Positions 1 to 9,141 are shown, numbered from the stretch's first letter. The stretch is 45,989 bases of DNA from Deltaproteobacteria bacterium (GCA_030643245.1 DAOWME010000001.1:1-45989), one strand, 5' to 3'. Made by a program: numbers and translations. Notes: generated by a model from the sequence alone, not told the origin.

Positions 1-64
1 CGCAAGGGGATCACCTAATAACCAATACCTGATAACGAATAACAAGTAACCATGTGGAGGCTGT

Positions 65-295
65 TTGATAGATGGAAGATATATGCTATTAACTACGGTG
101 TATCCGGGGCAAGAAGTTACGCTTGTTGATATAAATGGAGGAAGGGGGATAAGGGCGAGACTTGCCAGTATGGGTTTGATACCCGGAGTAAAGCTCAGTG
201 TGTTGCGCACCGGGCCAGGCCCGGTAATGGTCGCGGTGAGAAATACCAGGCTCGCCCTCGGCCATGGGATGGCCCATAAGATTATAGTGAAGTAA
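65..295 (+). CDS. feoA: FeoA-family (SH3-like) ferrous iron transport accessory protein
   Basis: 76-aa ORF with an FeoA-like pattern (GQEVTLVDINGG..RLASMGLIPGVKLSV..GPVMVAV). GGAGG lies 4 nt upstream of the TTG start; ATG at 83 is an alternative start. Confidence 0.7.
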   Translation: MIDGRYMLLTTVYPGQEVTLVDINGGRGIRARLASMGLIPGVKLSVLRTGPGPVMVAVRNTRLALGHGMAHKIIVK

Positions 296-339
296 AAATT
301 TTTGAGCTAAAAGTTAGATTGGCCTAATATTTCCCACAG

Positions 340-564
340 ATGAAAGGAAATGAAGAGATAATCAAGATGATCAATCAAAAACTTAGCGAAATCCGGTGCA
401 GGAAGTGTAACCGACTTTTAATGAAGGGCGATGTGCTGCAGATAGAGATCAAATGTCCTAAATGCGGGTATATGCAGAAGCTGCGAGCAGATGGGGTCTT
501 GGGGGAAAAAATCCGAGAACTGAGAGAAGGAAAATATCTAGTTTTGCCGGTATCTGACGGTTGA
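340..564 (+). CDS. Com-family (Mu Com-like) zinc-ribbon protein
   Basis: 74-aa ORF with CxxC-N17-CxxC (RCRKCNRLLMKGDVLQIEIKCPKCG), as in Mu Com-type translational regulators. Confidence 0.5.
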   Translation: MKGNEEIIKMINQKLSEIRCRKCNRLLMKGDVLQIEIKCPKCGYMQKLRADGVLGEKIRELREGKYLVLPVSDG

Positions 565-571
565 ATAAACA

Positions 572-626
572 GGGCATAGGGCGAAAGGCTTAAGACTAGA
601 ACGGGAGAATCTAACCCTTATGCCTC
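572..626. repeat. Imperfect hairpin of the GGCATAGGG..AAGG / CCTT..CCCTATGCC repeat family
   Basis: gggcatagggcgaaagg ... aacccttatgcctc arms. Related hairpins occur at 10207-10291 and 43368-43408. Confidence 0.4.
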
Positions 627-876
627 TCAGGCAAATACAAGAACCCTCCGAGGGTCAGAGAAGAAAAGAGGCTTGCGAAGCCCGGCCTATGGAAGAATAA
701 TCGACTTGGCTTTTTTATTCTTATAAAGGGGAAGAGGTGAAAGGTTATATTATTTTCCCCGTGATGCGCAGTTTGCTAAGTTACAAAAGATTTAGAAGAC
801 AAAAATGGTCTGACGAAAAAGGTGAAAGAAGAATAGCTTTAATATAACCACTAAAATAGTAGGAAAGGAGTATGGA

Positions 877-2145
877 ATGACGACAATCAAGAGAAGTTTT
901 GTTATATTTGCAGTCACCCTCAGCCTGAGCATGTTAGCTGCGACACAAGTGGCCATGAGCCAGGAAATCTCCAACTACGAGCTGATGAAGGAAGTAACGA
1001 GATTGAAAGTAAAGACCGATCAGCTTGAAGCTCAGATCAAAGGGGAGATGCCGGGAGAATCAGGGGCAGGGGAAAAAGAGCATTATCACAGCGTCAAAAG
1101 CCTGGCTGATAGAGTCCGCAGGATTGAGGGTCAAGTGAAAGAGGGTGTGCTGGGAAACTGGGCCGACAGAATAGAACTGAGCGGGCTCATAGAGATCGAA
1201 GTCGGTTATGAGGACCTCGATTTTGACGATTCCGCCCAGTCTGATAAGGAATCGAGCGACATCGTCCTTGCAACGGTTGAGTTGGGCGTTGATGTTGATA
1301 TTGCGAAGCATGTCAAGGGCCACGTTCTCTTTCTATGGGAAGAAGACGACACAGAACCGGTTGACGTGGATGAGGGGATTATCACCATAGATGGAGAGGA
1401 TGTGGCGCCCGTTTACCTCAATGCAGGGAAAATGTATGTGCCTTTCGGAAATTTTGAAAGCCACTTCATCAGCGACCCGTTGACACTGGAGCTGGGAGAG
1501 ACAAGGGAGAGTGCTCTTAATCTCGGATTTGCGAATGAAATGTTTGACGTCTGTGTCGGCGCTTTCAACGGCGACATCGATGAGACAGGAGAAGACAACC
1601 ATGTGGAGACCTATTTTGTCGGCGCAACATTCACCCTTCCGGAAGGGACAGCGTCAGACCTTGGGTTGACGGCCGGAGCGTCCTACATATCCAATATCGC
1701 CGACAGTGACAGCCTCCAGGACGAGGATGGTGTTGGCCAGAAGGATGAGTCTGGCGCTAAGATCCAAGAGATCAAAGACTACGTGGGTGGAGCGAGTCTT
1801 TTTGTGAGTCTTTCTTTAATGGATCAATTCTTCTTGGAGGCCGAATATCTTGGGGCCACCGAGAGTTTTGAGGCCGGTGAATTAGGATTTGACGAGGGCG
1901 AGTCATGCAGGCCGAGTGCCTGGAATATTGAGCTTGCCTATGCAGCCGCCGAGAACCTTGAGTTTGGGGTCAAGTATGAGGGCAGTGATGATTGCGGGGA
2001 TTTTCTTCCGGAAAGCCAGTATGGCGCTATCGTAAGCTACAGTCTTTTTGAGAACACCTCACTTGCGCTTGAATATCTCTATGGGGAATTCGAGAATGAC
2101 GATGAGAGGAACTTGATCACCTGCCAGCTCGGCATAGAATTCTGA
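877..2145 (+). CDS. Outer-membrane beta-barrel porin-like protein (LbtU-like siderophore/iron porin family suspected)
   Basis: 422 aa with a signal peptide (LSMLAATQVAMSQE) and an N-terminal coiled coil. Alternating acidic/aromatic beta-strand pattern and a C-terminal ...QLGIEF (terminal Phe typical of OMPs). AAAGGAG SD 6 nt upstream. Confidence 0.55.
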   Translation: MTTIKRSFVIFAVTLSLSMLAATQVAMSQEISNYELMKEVTRLKVKTDQLEAQIKGEMPGESGAGEKEHYHSVKSLADRVRRIEGQVKEGVLGNWADRIELSGLIEIEVGYEDLDFDDSAQSDKESSDIVLATVELGVDVDIAKHVKGHVLFLWEEDDTEPVDVDEGIITIDGEDVAPVYLNAGKMYVPFGNFESHFISDPLTLELGETRESALNLGFANEMFDVCVGAFNGDIDETGEDNHVETYFVGATFTLPEGTASDLGLTAGASYISNIADSDSLQDEDGVGQKDESGAKIQEIKDYVGGASLFVSLSLMDQFFLEAEYLGATESFEAGELGFDEGESCRPSAWNIELAYAAAENLEFGVKYEGSDDCGDFLPESQYGAIVSYSLFENTSLALEYLYGEFENDDERNLITCQLGIEF

Positions 2146-2153
2146 TCATTAAG

Positions 2154-2339
2154 ATGATTGCCGTTGTTTTATTGCCGGCTGCCGGGTATCTCTTTCACAA
2201 ATACTATTTGGCTTTCACAAAGAAGGAGACAGGGTGTGGCTGCGTATACTGTAGCACCAAGACCGGAGAGGGGAACTGCTCCTGCCTGTCACTTACTGTG
2301 AACAATGGAATGGAACAAATACCAGATGACAAAGAATGA
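2154..2339 (+). CDS. FeoB-associated Cys-rich small membrane protein (putative)
   Basis: 61 aa with one N-terminal TM helix followed by a Cys cluster (GCGCVYCS..GNCSC). This architecture matches the family named that way. No clear SD. Confidence 0.45.
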   Translation: MIAVVLLPAAGYLFHKYYLAFTKKETGCGCVYCSTKTGEGNCSCLSLTVNNGMEQIPDDKE

Positions 2340-2401
2340 ATGCAGGATGTGGTGGGCGCAGCCCACCCCACATACTTCGTCCTAAGGAGTGAGGTTATAT
2401 A

Positions 2402-2683
2402 ATGCCGAATCGTGATGGAACAGGGCCACCTGGAAAAGGAAAGGGCATGGTGGGACAGGGCATGGGTGTGTTAGAGGACCAGTGTCCTGAATGTGGGGAG
2501 GAAAGGCTTCATAATCTAGACTCCGGCCGGAGGGCAAAAGAGGTCGGCTGGGGAGTCGGAGCAGGCCCCGGGGGATTCTGCGTATGCCTAAAGTGCAACA
2601 AAGAAGTTAAGCATATTACGGGTACGCCGTGCAGTGAAATGAAATGCCCTGATTGCGGCGCGCCGATGGCACGGAAACTTTAA
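2402..2683 (+). CDS. DUF5320-like protein with two CxxC zinc-ribbon pairs
   Basis: N-terminus MPNRDGTGPPGKGKGMVGQGMG resembles the DUF5320 signature (MPxxDGTGPxGxGP). CPEC...CLKC and CPDC motifs. GGAG upstream. Confidence 0.5.
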   Translation: MPNRDGTGPPGKGKGMVGQGMGVLEDQCPECGEERLHNLDSGRRAKEVGWGVGAGPGGFCVCLKCNKEVKHITGTPCSEMKCPDCGAPMARKL

Positions 2684-2813
2684 GAAGAAAAGAGACCTTA
2701 TAGACTTCGGGAAAACCGGAAAGTTAGCTGGTTCAACCCTAAATAGCCCAGTATAAAGTTGTTCGCTGTGGCTAAATTAACTAATAAAATCAGCATGTTG
2801 TCTCAAAATAAAC

Positions 2814-2840
2814 TTGACAAAATATCGGGGGGGGTATACG
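2814..2840 (+). promoter_or_regulatory. Sigma70-like promoter candidate with a G8 tract in the spacer
   Basis: TTGACA (2814-2819), a 15-nt spacer containing gggggggg (2827-2834), then TATACG (2835-2840). Lies immediately upstream of the ATPase operon. Confidence 0.3.
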
Positions 2841-2841
2841 A

Positions 2842-3141
2842 ATGAGATGCAACGATTACCAAAGAATCTGTGGAGGGGATATTGGGAATGAGAAAGATTT
2901 CCCTTCGGGGTTTTTTCTTCCGCTGGCCTTTGTTCCTCGGGAGACAAAAAAGGTTAAAGTTGTTCGCCTTCTTGGTTCATCTGACACAGATGATTGGCCC
3001 TTGGGCCTTGAGGTGTCTATCGGGGAGGTGTTTCGCTTGTTACGACAGGCTGCAACCGGAGGATGGACCGTAGAGACAGGTGGTGCGAATTTTACTATTA
3101 GCGCCGAGTTGGCCAGGAAGTTGTTGGTGCAAACACTATGA
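2842..3141 (+). CDS. FeoA-like small protein (start uncertain)
   Basis: The C-terminal ~75 aa (VKVVRLLGSSD..LGLEVSIGEVFRLL....FTISAELARKLLV) follow the FeoA pattern. The stop overlaps the ATG of the next gene (ATGA). The annotated ATG sits right after the putative -10, so the true start may be downstream or non-canonical. Confidence 0.45.
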   Translation: MRCNDYQRICGGDIGNEKDFPSGFFLPLAFVPRETKKVKVVRLLGSSDTDDWPLGLEVSIGEVFRLLRQAATGGWTVETGGANFTISAELARKLLVQTL

Positions 3142-5390
3142 AAAAGGACATCCAAAAATCTATCAAAGTCCTCCATAGCATTCCAGGCAGGATGCGGCTG
3201 AAGGTGAAATCCGTCCGATCTTCCCATGAACGGGCTTATATCATTGAACACTTTGTATCGAAGCATTCTCCGGTTATAAAGGTGGAAGCACGCCCAATTA
3301 CCGGTAGCGTGATACTTTTTTATGATCCCGAGAGAGCGGACCCTGATGCTATAATCGACCTTCTCCGGAAGGCATTAACCGTAAGCATGGATACCCCCCT
3401 TTCACTTTCGTCATCAAGTAACCCGGCATGTGGCCTCGATTGCAAAGTTTGCCATCCAGTAACTTCATCCATAGAGAATAAATCTCTCTTGGGCAGACTG
3501 GTAGAGGTGCTGGCGCTCACCGCCTTTATGGTTTATTCTTTTATAAGAAACTTTATTTTCAAATCCCCCTTTTCCCAGGGGCCGTTCACCATTATGGCCG
3601 GTTTAGCTGTTGTGGCAGCCATCCCCCTCTTTCGCCATGCACTGGATGATTTGCAACGAGGGAAGAGCATGAGCCTGTTCCCATTTCTAGCCTCCACCTG
3701 TGTCCTCGCTCTCTTTCTGGGCGAGACAATGACAGCGCTGGAAGTGATCTGGATTTTGCGGGTGGGGATGCTCTTAGAGGATTATGTAGCTGAGCGGTCC
3801 CGTAAGGCCATAAGCGAAATCCTTCAGGTGGCCGCAAAGGACACTTATGTTCTAATAGATGGGATAGAGGTTGAGATACCCGTGGACGAGGTCAAGGAGG
3901 GAGATATATTGGCCGTCCATACCGGAGAAAAAATCCCGGTGGATGGTGTTGTGCTGAGAGGGGAGGCCATGGTGGATGAGGCCCATATCACAGGACGGGT
4001 CGAGCCTCAGATACGCAAGGCCAAAGATCGGGCCTTTGCAGGGACCATCGTCCAGGAGGGAGTAATATTCATCCGGGCGGAAAAGGTGGGAGATGATACC
4101 TATCTTTGCCGTATCCTTCATCTTGTTGAGGATTCGCTGGCCAATCGCGCGCCTGTAGAGAAACAGGCAGACATCCTGGCGGCCCGGCTTTTTCGACTCG
4201 GGGTCTTTGCTACGTTAGCTGTTCTCCTGTTAACAGCGGACCCTCTACGGGCCTTCACAGTTATGCTCGTCATGGCCTGCCCGTGCGCTACTGTGCTTGC
4301 CGCTTCAACTGCCGTGACCGCGGCTTTAGCCAATGCCGCGCGTAACCATATACTCGTGAAGGGAGGTCTTCACCTGGAGAGGGTGGGGAAGGCAGACTGT
4401 TTCTGCTTTGATAAGACAGGGACTATTACCGCAGAGATTCCCCAAGTGATAGAGGTAATCCCACGGGCGCCAAAACAGACCGAAGCCCATGTACTCGCGT
4501 TGGCTGCCGTAGCTGAGATGCACAATGAGCACCCTATGGCCAAGGCCGTGGTCAATGCCTCCAGCAGCTATGGTATTACACCGGAGCCCCACGCGGTCTG
4601 TGAATTTGTATTGGGACGGGGGGTTAAGGCCATGATGGATGGAAATATGATCCTTGTGGGGAACACCAGGTTCCTGGAGGAGGAAGGTGTCAGCACCGCA
4701 TATTATAAAGGCAAGGCTGATAAAAATATATCTGCCGGGCATACGGTCCTCTTTGTGGCCAGGAACAAGAAGCTTCAGGGGATGATAGTTGTGGCCAACA
4801 CAATAAGGCCCAATGCCAGGGCCGTGCTGGACTGGCTTAGAAAGGATGGCGTATCCGCCCTCTATCTTGGGACCGGGGATACGGAATCCGTGGCAAAGTT
4901 CATTTCCGATACCCTCGGTTTTGACGGCTATCGATCCGACCTGATGCCAGAAGATAAGTCCGAATATATTGAAAGGCTTGAGGATGACGGTATGTCTGTG
5001 GTTATGATCGGCGATGGCGTGAATGACGCATTGGCCCTCTCAAAGGCCGGCGTGGGCATTGCCATGGGAGCTGGTGGCGCTGAAGTGGCGATTGAGGCGT
5101 CGGACATTGCCCTGGTGGACAGCGAACTGGAACGAATTGTGAACCTGCGACAGCTCAGCCACAAGACGCTTGGGGTTATCGAAGAGAACTACTACCTCGC
5201 AGTCTCTACCAATATCATCGGTGTGTTAATGGGGGCGCTGGGATGGCTGACCCCTATAATGGCAGGGGGGCTTCATATTGTTCATACCCTTGGAATACTT
5301 ATGAACTCAAGTCGTCTCGTTGTATGGGAAGCCCCGGGATTAAAGGAGAAGGAATTAAGCGGAGTTAATCTCAATGATAAAGACGGATAA
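3138..5390 (+). CDS. Heavy-metal P1B-type ATPase A with an N-terminal IPGRxRLK (HMA_2-like) domain; actuator TGE replaced by TGR
   Basis: 750 aa with DKTGT, GDGVND, NEHP (HP motif) and TM CPC (MACPCAT). N-terminus has HSIPGRMRLKV. The A-domain reads ITGRVEP instead of TGE(S)xP (R codon 3996-3998). Confidence 0.9.
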   Translation: MKKDIQKSIKVLHSIPGRMRLKVKSVRSSHERAYIIEHFVSKHSPVIKVEARPITGSVILFYDPERADPDAIIDLLRKALTVSMDTPLSLSSSSNPACGLDCKVCHPVTSSIENKSLLGRLVEVLALTAFMVYSFIRNFIFKSPFSQGPFTIMAGLAVVAAIPLFRHALDDLQRGKSMSLFPFLASTCVLALFLGETMTALEVIWILRVGMLLEDYVAERSRKAISEILQVAAKDTYVLIDGIEVEIPVDEVKEGDILAVHTGEKIPVDGVVLRGEAMVDEAHITGRVEPQIRKAKDRAFAGTIVQEGVIFIRAEKVGDDTYLCRILHLVEDSLANRAPVEKQADILAARLFRLGVFATLAVLLLTADPLRAFTVMLVMACPCATVLAASTAVTAALANAARNHILVKGGLHLERVGKADCFCFDKTGTITAEIPQVIEVIPRAPKQTEAHVLALAAVAEMHNEHPMAKAVVNASSSYGITPEPHAVCEFVLGRGVKAMMDGNMILVGNTRFLEEEGVSTAYYKGKADKNISAGHTVLFVARNKKLQGMIVVANTIRPNARAVLDWLRKDGVSALYLGTGDTESVAKFISDTLGFDGYRSDLMPEDKSEYIERLEDDGMSVVMIGDGVNDALALSKAGVGIAMGAGGAEVAIEASDIALVDSELERIVNLRQLSHKTLGVIEENYYLAVSTNIIGVLMGALGWLTPIMAGGLHIVHTLGILMNSSRLVVWEAPGLKEKELSGVNLNDKDG

Positions 5391-5733
5391 AATAGATGAA
5401 GATAAATTGATCGAAGGTCTCCTTAGAATAGCGTCAAATATAAAGATTGCGCATCATATCCCCGGAAGGATCAGGCTAAAGGCCTCTCTTTCAGGACTTA
5501 ATAGTGTTCAGGAAATAGATATTAAAAAGATAGTGGGTTCTATCCCCGGAATTCTCAGTGTGCGAATCAATCCGTTTGGCATGTCGGCAATCATCGAATA
5601 CGATCAGGAGCAACTTCCATGTGACCTATGGGTGAGTCTTGGCGAGGTGGGTAAGAGGCCTGAAATTGCTGCCCGGGTTGTGGAGCGTCTGCAGACATTG
5701 TTTTCCGATAGAAGAAGATATGAACAGTTTTAA
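5374..5733 (+). CDS. Stand-alone IPGRxRLK (HMA_2-like) domain protein
   Basis: 119 aa. HHIPGRIRLKASL ... SIPGILSVRINPFGMSAIIEY matches the N-terminal domains of both flanking ATPases. Overlaps both neighbours (17 nt and 14 nt). Confidence 0.7.
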   Translation: MIKTDKIDEDKLIEGLLRIASNIKIAHHIPGRIRLKASLSGLNSVQEIDIKKIVGSIPGILSVRINPFGMSAIIEYDQEQLPCDLWVSLGEVGKRPEIAARVVERLQTLFSDRRRYEQF

Positions 5734-7969
5734 AATAGCCCACAGCCTTCCCTGGCGGACCAGATTGGTGGTGCCCTCTTTAGTTGGGGAAAGGGACGCT
5801 GCCCGGAAAGTAGCTGATGCCCTCTCTGAGATCCCCAGGATTTCCATGGCGGATGTACGTCCCGGAACCGGTTCCATTATCATTACCCATGAAGAAGGCT
5901 CCCTGAACCTTGAAGCTGTCAGGTCTGTGCTGGAAAGGGAAATACCTGTATACGAAAGGGGGAATACCGCTTTTGAATATAGCTGCTGCAGGGCGCCCCT
6001 GTCCCGGGCAGAAAACAGGCAGACACACGTGCCCGGATGGGTCCTTGCAATAACCGGCATCTACCTGGCTATCATGTGGTGTGGTCGCCTCATTTTTGGA
6101 AGATCGATGTCCCCTCGCGTCTTTTCTCTCCGAAGGATATTCGGTGTTCCTGCTTTAGTGGCCGTAGGGCTGAGTCTTCCCATCTTGAGAGATGGTCTTA
6201 GAGATTTGATGGAAAGATGGCGCCCCAATATGGATCTCTTAATCGTAAGTGCTTCATATCTCTCCATTTTAATGGGGGAGCCTGTTACAGCCATGGTAGT
6301 GCTCTGGCTGGTAAATCTATCCGAATGGTTGGAGGAAAAGACCCAGGAGAGAACCAGGAAAGCCATCAGGTCCATGCTTCGCCAGGAAGTGCGGGAAGCC
6401 TGGATAGTCAGAGACGGAGTGGAGCTTGAAATTAAAGTCTCAGAGCTGTCCGTGGGGGATATACTCAGCCTTAGATTCGGCAGCGCAGTCCCCGCGGATG
6501 GCACGGTTCAAGATGGCGAAGCCCTGGTGGATGAGTCCGCCATGACCGGCGAAGCCCTGCCGGTTTTCAAGACCTCAGGCGATCAAGTCCTTGCCGGAAC
6601 CACGGTGGAAATGGGGCATATCTTTTTACATGTCGACTCCGTAGGTGAAGAAACCCGCCTGGCAGCTATCATCCGTCTCATTGAAGAGGGAGAGGCCTCA
6701 AAGGCCCCGATCCAGCTTTCAGCCGAACGTTTCAGTGACGCAGTGGTTCCTGTCTCATTATTTCTTGCCCTTGCTGTCTTCTTTTTCACAAGGAACCTTC
6801 AACGGGCCATTGCAATGCTGATTATCGCGTGTCCTTGCGGCATTGGTCTTTCAACCCCAACGGCGCTGACTGCAGCCCTTGGTAATGCGGCCCGCAGGGG
6901 TGTTCTCATCAAAGGGGGACGAAACCTGGAGACCGCAGGCAAGGTAAATACCCTCGTCTTTGATAAGACCGGCACACTGACATCAGGCACCCCCAGGGTC
7001 TCACGAGTGATCACCCTGGACGATGATTACGAACCAATCCAAATCCTTCAACTGGCAGCCAGTTCCCAGATGCACTGGAAGCATCCCATGACCATTGCCG
7101 TTCTTGAGAAGGTCGGGGAAATAGAGATCGAAATCCCGCCCCATGAAGAGACTGAATTTATTATAGGACATGGGGTCCGGGCAAAGATCAACGGGAATGA
7201 AATTCTCGTGGGGAGCCACCACTTCATGGAGGATTATGAGGTGGACCATGAGGTCGGTCATGATGAGGAAAAGAGGATACTTGAAAAAGGAGAAAGTGTG
7301 CTCTTTGTGGCCTCCAACGGAAAGCTCATCGGACTTATAGGCGTGGAGGACCGGGTGAAGGATAATACAGCAATTGCTTTGCTGAGGCTGAAGGACCTCG
7401 GTGTCCGACATATTGTTATGCTCACCGGAGATCATAAGCGGAACGCAATGGCCATTGCCAGAGACCTGCCCATTGATGAGATCCAGTGGTCCCAGTCTCC
7501 CGAAGATAAGGCTGCGTGGATTGCACAATGGAAGGAACGCAACCCCGGCGACCTTGTAGCCATGGTTGGAGACGGAATAAATGATACCCCTGCCTTTTCC
7601 CGTGCAGATCTCAGTCTTGCCATGGGAGACACGGGTGCGGATGTGGCCATGGAACACGCGGCTATTGTGCTGCGCCGGGGTGATCTGGAGCTCGTAGCCG
7701 AGGCAATAGATCTCGGGCAGGCGACCCTTTCAACGATTTCTCAGAATTACAGTCTCTCCGTTGGCCTGAACCTGGCAGGCGTAGTACTGGCGGCTTTTGG
7801 TTGGCTTTCTCCTCTTGCAGGGGCATTTTTTCATAACCTTATCACCGTGGCAGTAGTAAGCAATTCAACAAAACTTCTCTTTTACAGTCCCGAATCTTCT
7901 CCCTCGGCCGGCGAAAATTCACAGGCCGTGGAAGAAAGTGAAGTGAGCATGGGATCAACCAAACCTTAA
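5720..7969 (+). CDS. Heavy-metal P1B-type ATPase B with an N-terminal HMA_2-like domain
   Basis: 750 aa from the internal ATG at 5720 (MNSFKIAHSLPWRTRLVV). Motifs: TGEALP, DKTGT, GDGIND, WKHP, TM CPC (IACPCGIGLSTP). The longer track ORF from 5639 is probably an upstream extension. Confidence 0.9.
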   Translation: MNSFKIAHSLPWRTRLVVPSLVGERDAARKVADALSEIPRISMADVRPGTGSIIITHEEGSLNLEAVRSVLEREIPVYERGNTAFEYSCCRAPLSRAENRQTHVPGWVLAITGIYLAIMWCGRLIFGRSMSPRVFSLRRIFGVPALVAVGLSLPILRDGLRDLMERWRPNMDLLIVSASYLSILMGEPVTAMVVLWLVNLSEWLEEKTQERTRKAIRSMLRQEVREAWIVRDGVELEIKVSELSVGDILSLRFGSAVPADGTVQDGEALVDESAMTGEALPVFKTSGDQVLAGTTVEMGHIFLHVDSVGEETRLAAIIRLIEEGEASKAPIQLSAERFSDAVVPVSLFLALAVFFFTRNLQRAIAMLIIACPCGIGLSTPTALTAALGNAARRGVLIKGGRNLETAGKVNTLVFDKTGTLTSGTPRVSRVITLDDDYEPIQILQLAASSQMHWKHPMTIAVLEKVGEIEIEIPPHEETEFIIGHGVRAKINGNEILVGSHHFMEDYEVDHEVGHDEEKRILEKGESVLFVASNGKLIGLIGVEDRVKDNTAIALLRLKDLGVRHIVMLTGDHKRNAMAIARDLPIDEIQWSQSPEDKAAWIAQWKERNPGDLVAMVGDGINDTPAFSRADLSLAMGDTGADVAMEHAAIVLRRGDLELVAEAIDLGQATLSTISQNYSLSVGLNLAGVVLAAFGWLSPLAGAFFHNLITVAVVSNSTKLLFYSPESSPSAGENSQAVEESEVSMGSTKP

Positions 7970-7979
7970 GGAGGTAAAT

Positions 7980-8954
7980 ATGGAAAAAAACAAGAATATT
8001 CGAGAGAAAACGTTGGGCCCGGGTGGAGCCCCAATGGCAGGACAAATGGGGGTGGTTGCCGGACCCGGCTCCGGGTCTGTGATGGAAGGCCATGGTGTGA
8101 GGCCTACACAGGTTGAAACTCCGGCGGCAGGCAACTGTGACCAGATGCATTCGGGAGCTGATCCCTGGCAGGGTAGCCAGCCCCAGGGACAGAATCCGGG
8201 CAACGGACAGACCGGGTTTTCAGGCGCGAATCCTGGTCAGCCGGGTCCCACTGGAATGCCCACAGGGCAAACCGGCTTTCAACCCGCAGGGAACGACCCC
8301 CAGGGACAGATTGGTAATATGGGAGGAGCATCTCCTCCCGGTTCTTTCCAGACCGGACCATCCCCTGGCCAGTTTCCAGGCATGGGTCAGGCAGACGCTC
8401 CCGGCATGAACCCCGGTCAGATGTCATTTTATCCGGGAGCTCATCCGGGGACACCCCCCCAGGCAAATGGGGGCATGCCGGCAGGAAGCGCTCATTCCAT
8501 GGGCCCATATCCAGGTTATCCGGGATCTGGTCAGATGGGGGTTCCCGGTGTGCATCCGGGACAGACCGGCTACCAGCCAGGTTGGGATCCTGGCGCCGGT
8601 GTTCAAGGACCGGGCGGTATGCCGGGGATGGAAACAAATCCTCACATGGGTTCATCTATGGAAGGACATGGCTCCAGTCACATGGGGGCGGACGCCCACC
8701 ATATTTATCATGACGAAAACCGTTTCGGCCAGGTTGCCGACATGGTGGGACGTTTCCTCAAGGGTGAGGCAAACACCGATGATATTGTCAACGGCCTTTT
8801 TAGTCTCAACTTTCGGGATGATCAGTTCTGGAAAGGGGCCATAGCCGGTGTTATTGTGGCCATGCTTCTCAGCAGCGACATGGTGAAACAGGGCCTGGCC
8901 AAGAGTTTTGGCGCTGTTTTCCAGAAGGGTAAGGATGAGAAAGAAGGCGCTTAA
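7980..8954 (+). CDS. Gly/Pro/Gln/Met-rich low-complexity protein with a C-terminal YtxH-like amphipathic/TM anchor
   Basis: 324 aa with a strong AAGGAGG SD. About 230 aa of PG/QG/MG repeats with His/Met patches (MEGHG twice). The C-terminus NFRDDQFWKGAIAGVIVAMLL.. is paralogous to ORF 9573-9929. Confidence 0.7.
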   Translation: MEKNKNIREKTLGPGGAPMAGQMGVVAGPGSGSVMEGHGVRPTQVETPAAGNCDQMHSGADPWQGSQPQGQNPGNGQTGFSGANPGQPGPTGMPTGQTGFQPAGNDPQGQIGNMGGASPPGSFQTGPSPGQFPGMGQADAPGMNPGQMSFYPGAHPGTPPQANGGMPAGSAHSMGPYPGYPGSGQMGVPGVHPGQTGYQPGWDPGAGVQGPGGMPGMETNPHMGSSMEGHGSSHMGADAHHIYHDENRFGQVADMVGRFLKGEANTDDIVNGLFSLNFRDDQFWKGAIAGVIVAMLLSSDMVKQGLAKSFGAVFQKGKDEKEGA

Positions 8955-8994
8955 TGACCGGGTCAACCGGCTATAAGCAGATAATAGGTAACCA

Positions 8995-9113
8995 TTCACC
9001 TCACTGCAAAGTCGCAAAGAGCGCAAAGGAATACATGAAGTGACAAAAGAAGAAGATAATCTTTCAAAGGAAATTTCTTTAAAACTTTGCGCTCTTTGCG
9101 CCTTTGCGGTGAA
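8995..9113. repeat. Long inverted repeat (~27-bp arms, ~55-nt loop) inside the operon
   Basis: cactgcaaagtcgcaaagagcgcaaag (about 9002-9028) versus ctttgcgctctttgcgcctttgcggtg (9085-9111), with 2 mismatches. Lies between the stop at 8954 and the start at 9142. Confidence 0.75.
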
Positions 9114-9141
9114 CTATTAGGATAATAGAAAGGAGTCAGAT

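Noticed and set aside
296-2841. Fur boxes upstream of the feoA, porin and ATPase genes, and a cobalamin riboswitch upstream of the mutase (45689-45846).
   Set aside because: I could not find a convincing match to the 19-bp GATAATGATAATCATTATC-type palindrome or to the B12-box core by eye. A proper PWM or covariance-model scan is needed before claiming either.
2870-3266. Alternative ORFs 2870-3073 (+) and 2856-3266 (-) as the real gene upstream of ATPase A.
   Set aside because: Neither shows a recognisable motif. The 2842-3141 frame has an FeoA-like C-terminal pattern and an ATGA overlap with the ATPase start, although its own start codon remains uncertain.
7001-7657. 218-aa - strand ORF, with smaller ones, inside ATPase B; similar ORFs lie inside ATPase A.
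   Set aside because: They are antisense to a P-type ATPase gene with all canonical motifs, and I recognised no independent signals.
8104-8844. ORFs 8104-8655 (-), 8113-8409 (+), 8424-8645 (-) and 8467-8844 (+), all overlapping the Gly/Pro-rich gene.
   Set aside because: The repetitive GC-rich codons (ccn/ggn/cag) of the 7980-8954 gene keep other frames open by chance. Only the annotated frame has a strong SD and a conserved C-terminal paralogous motif.
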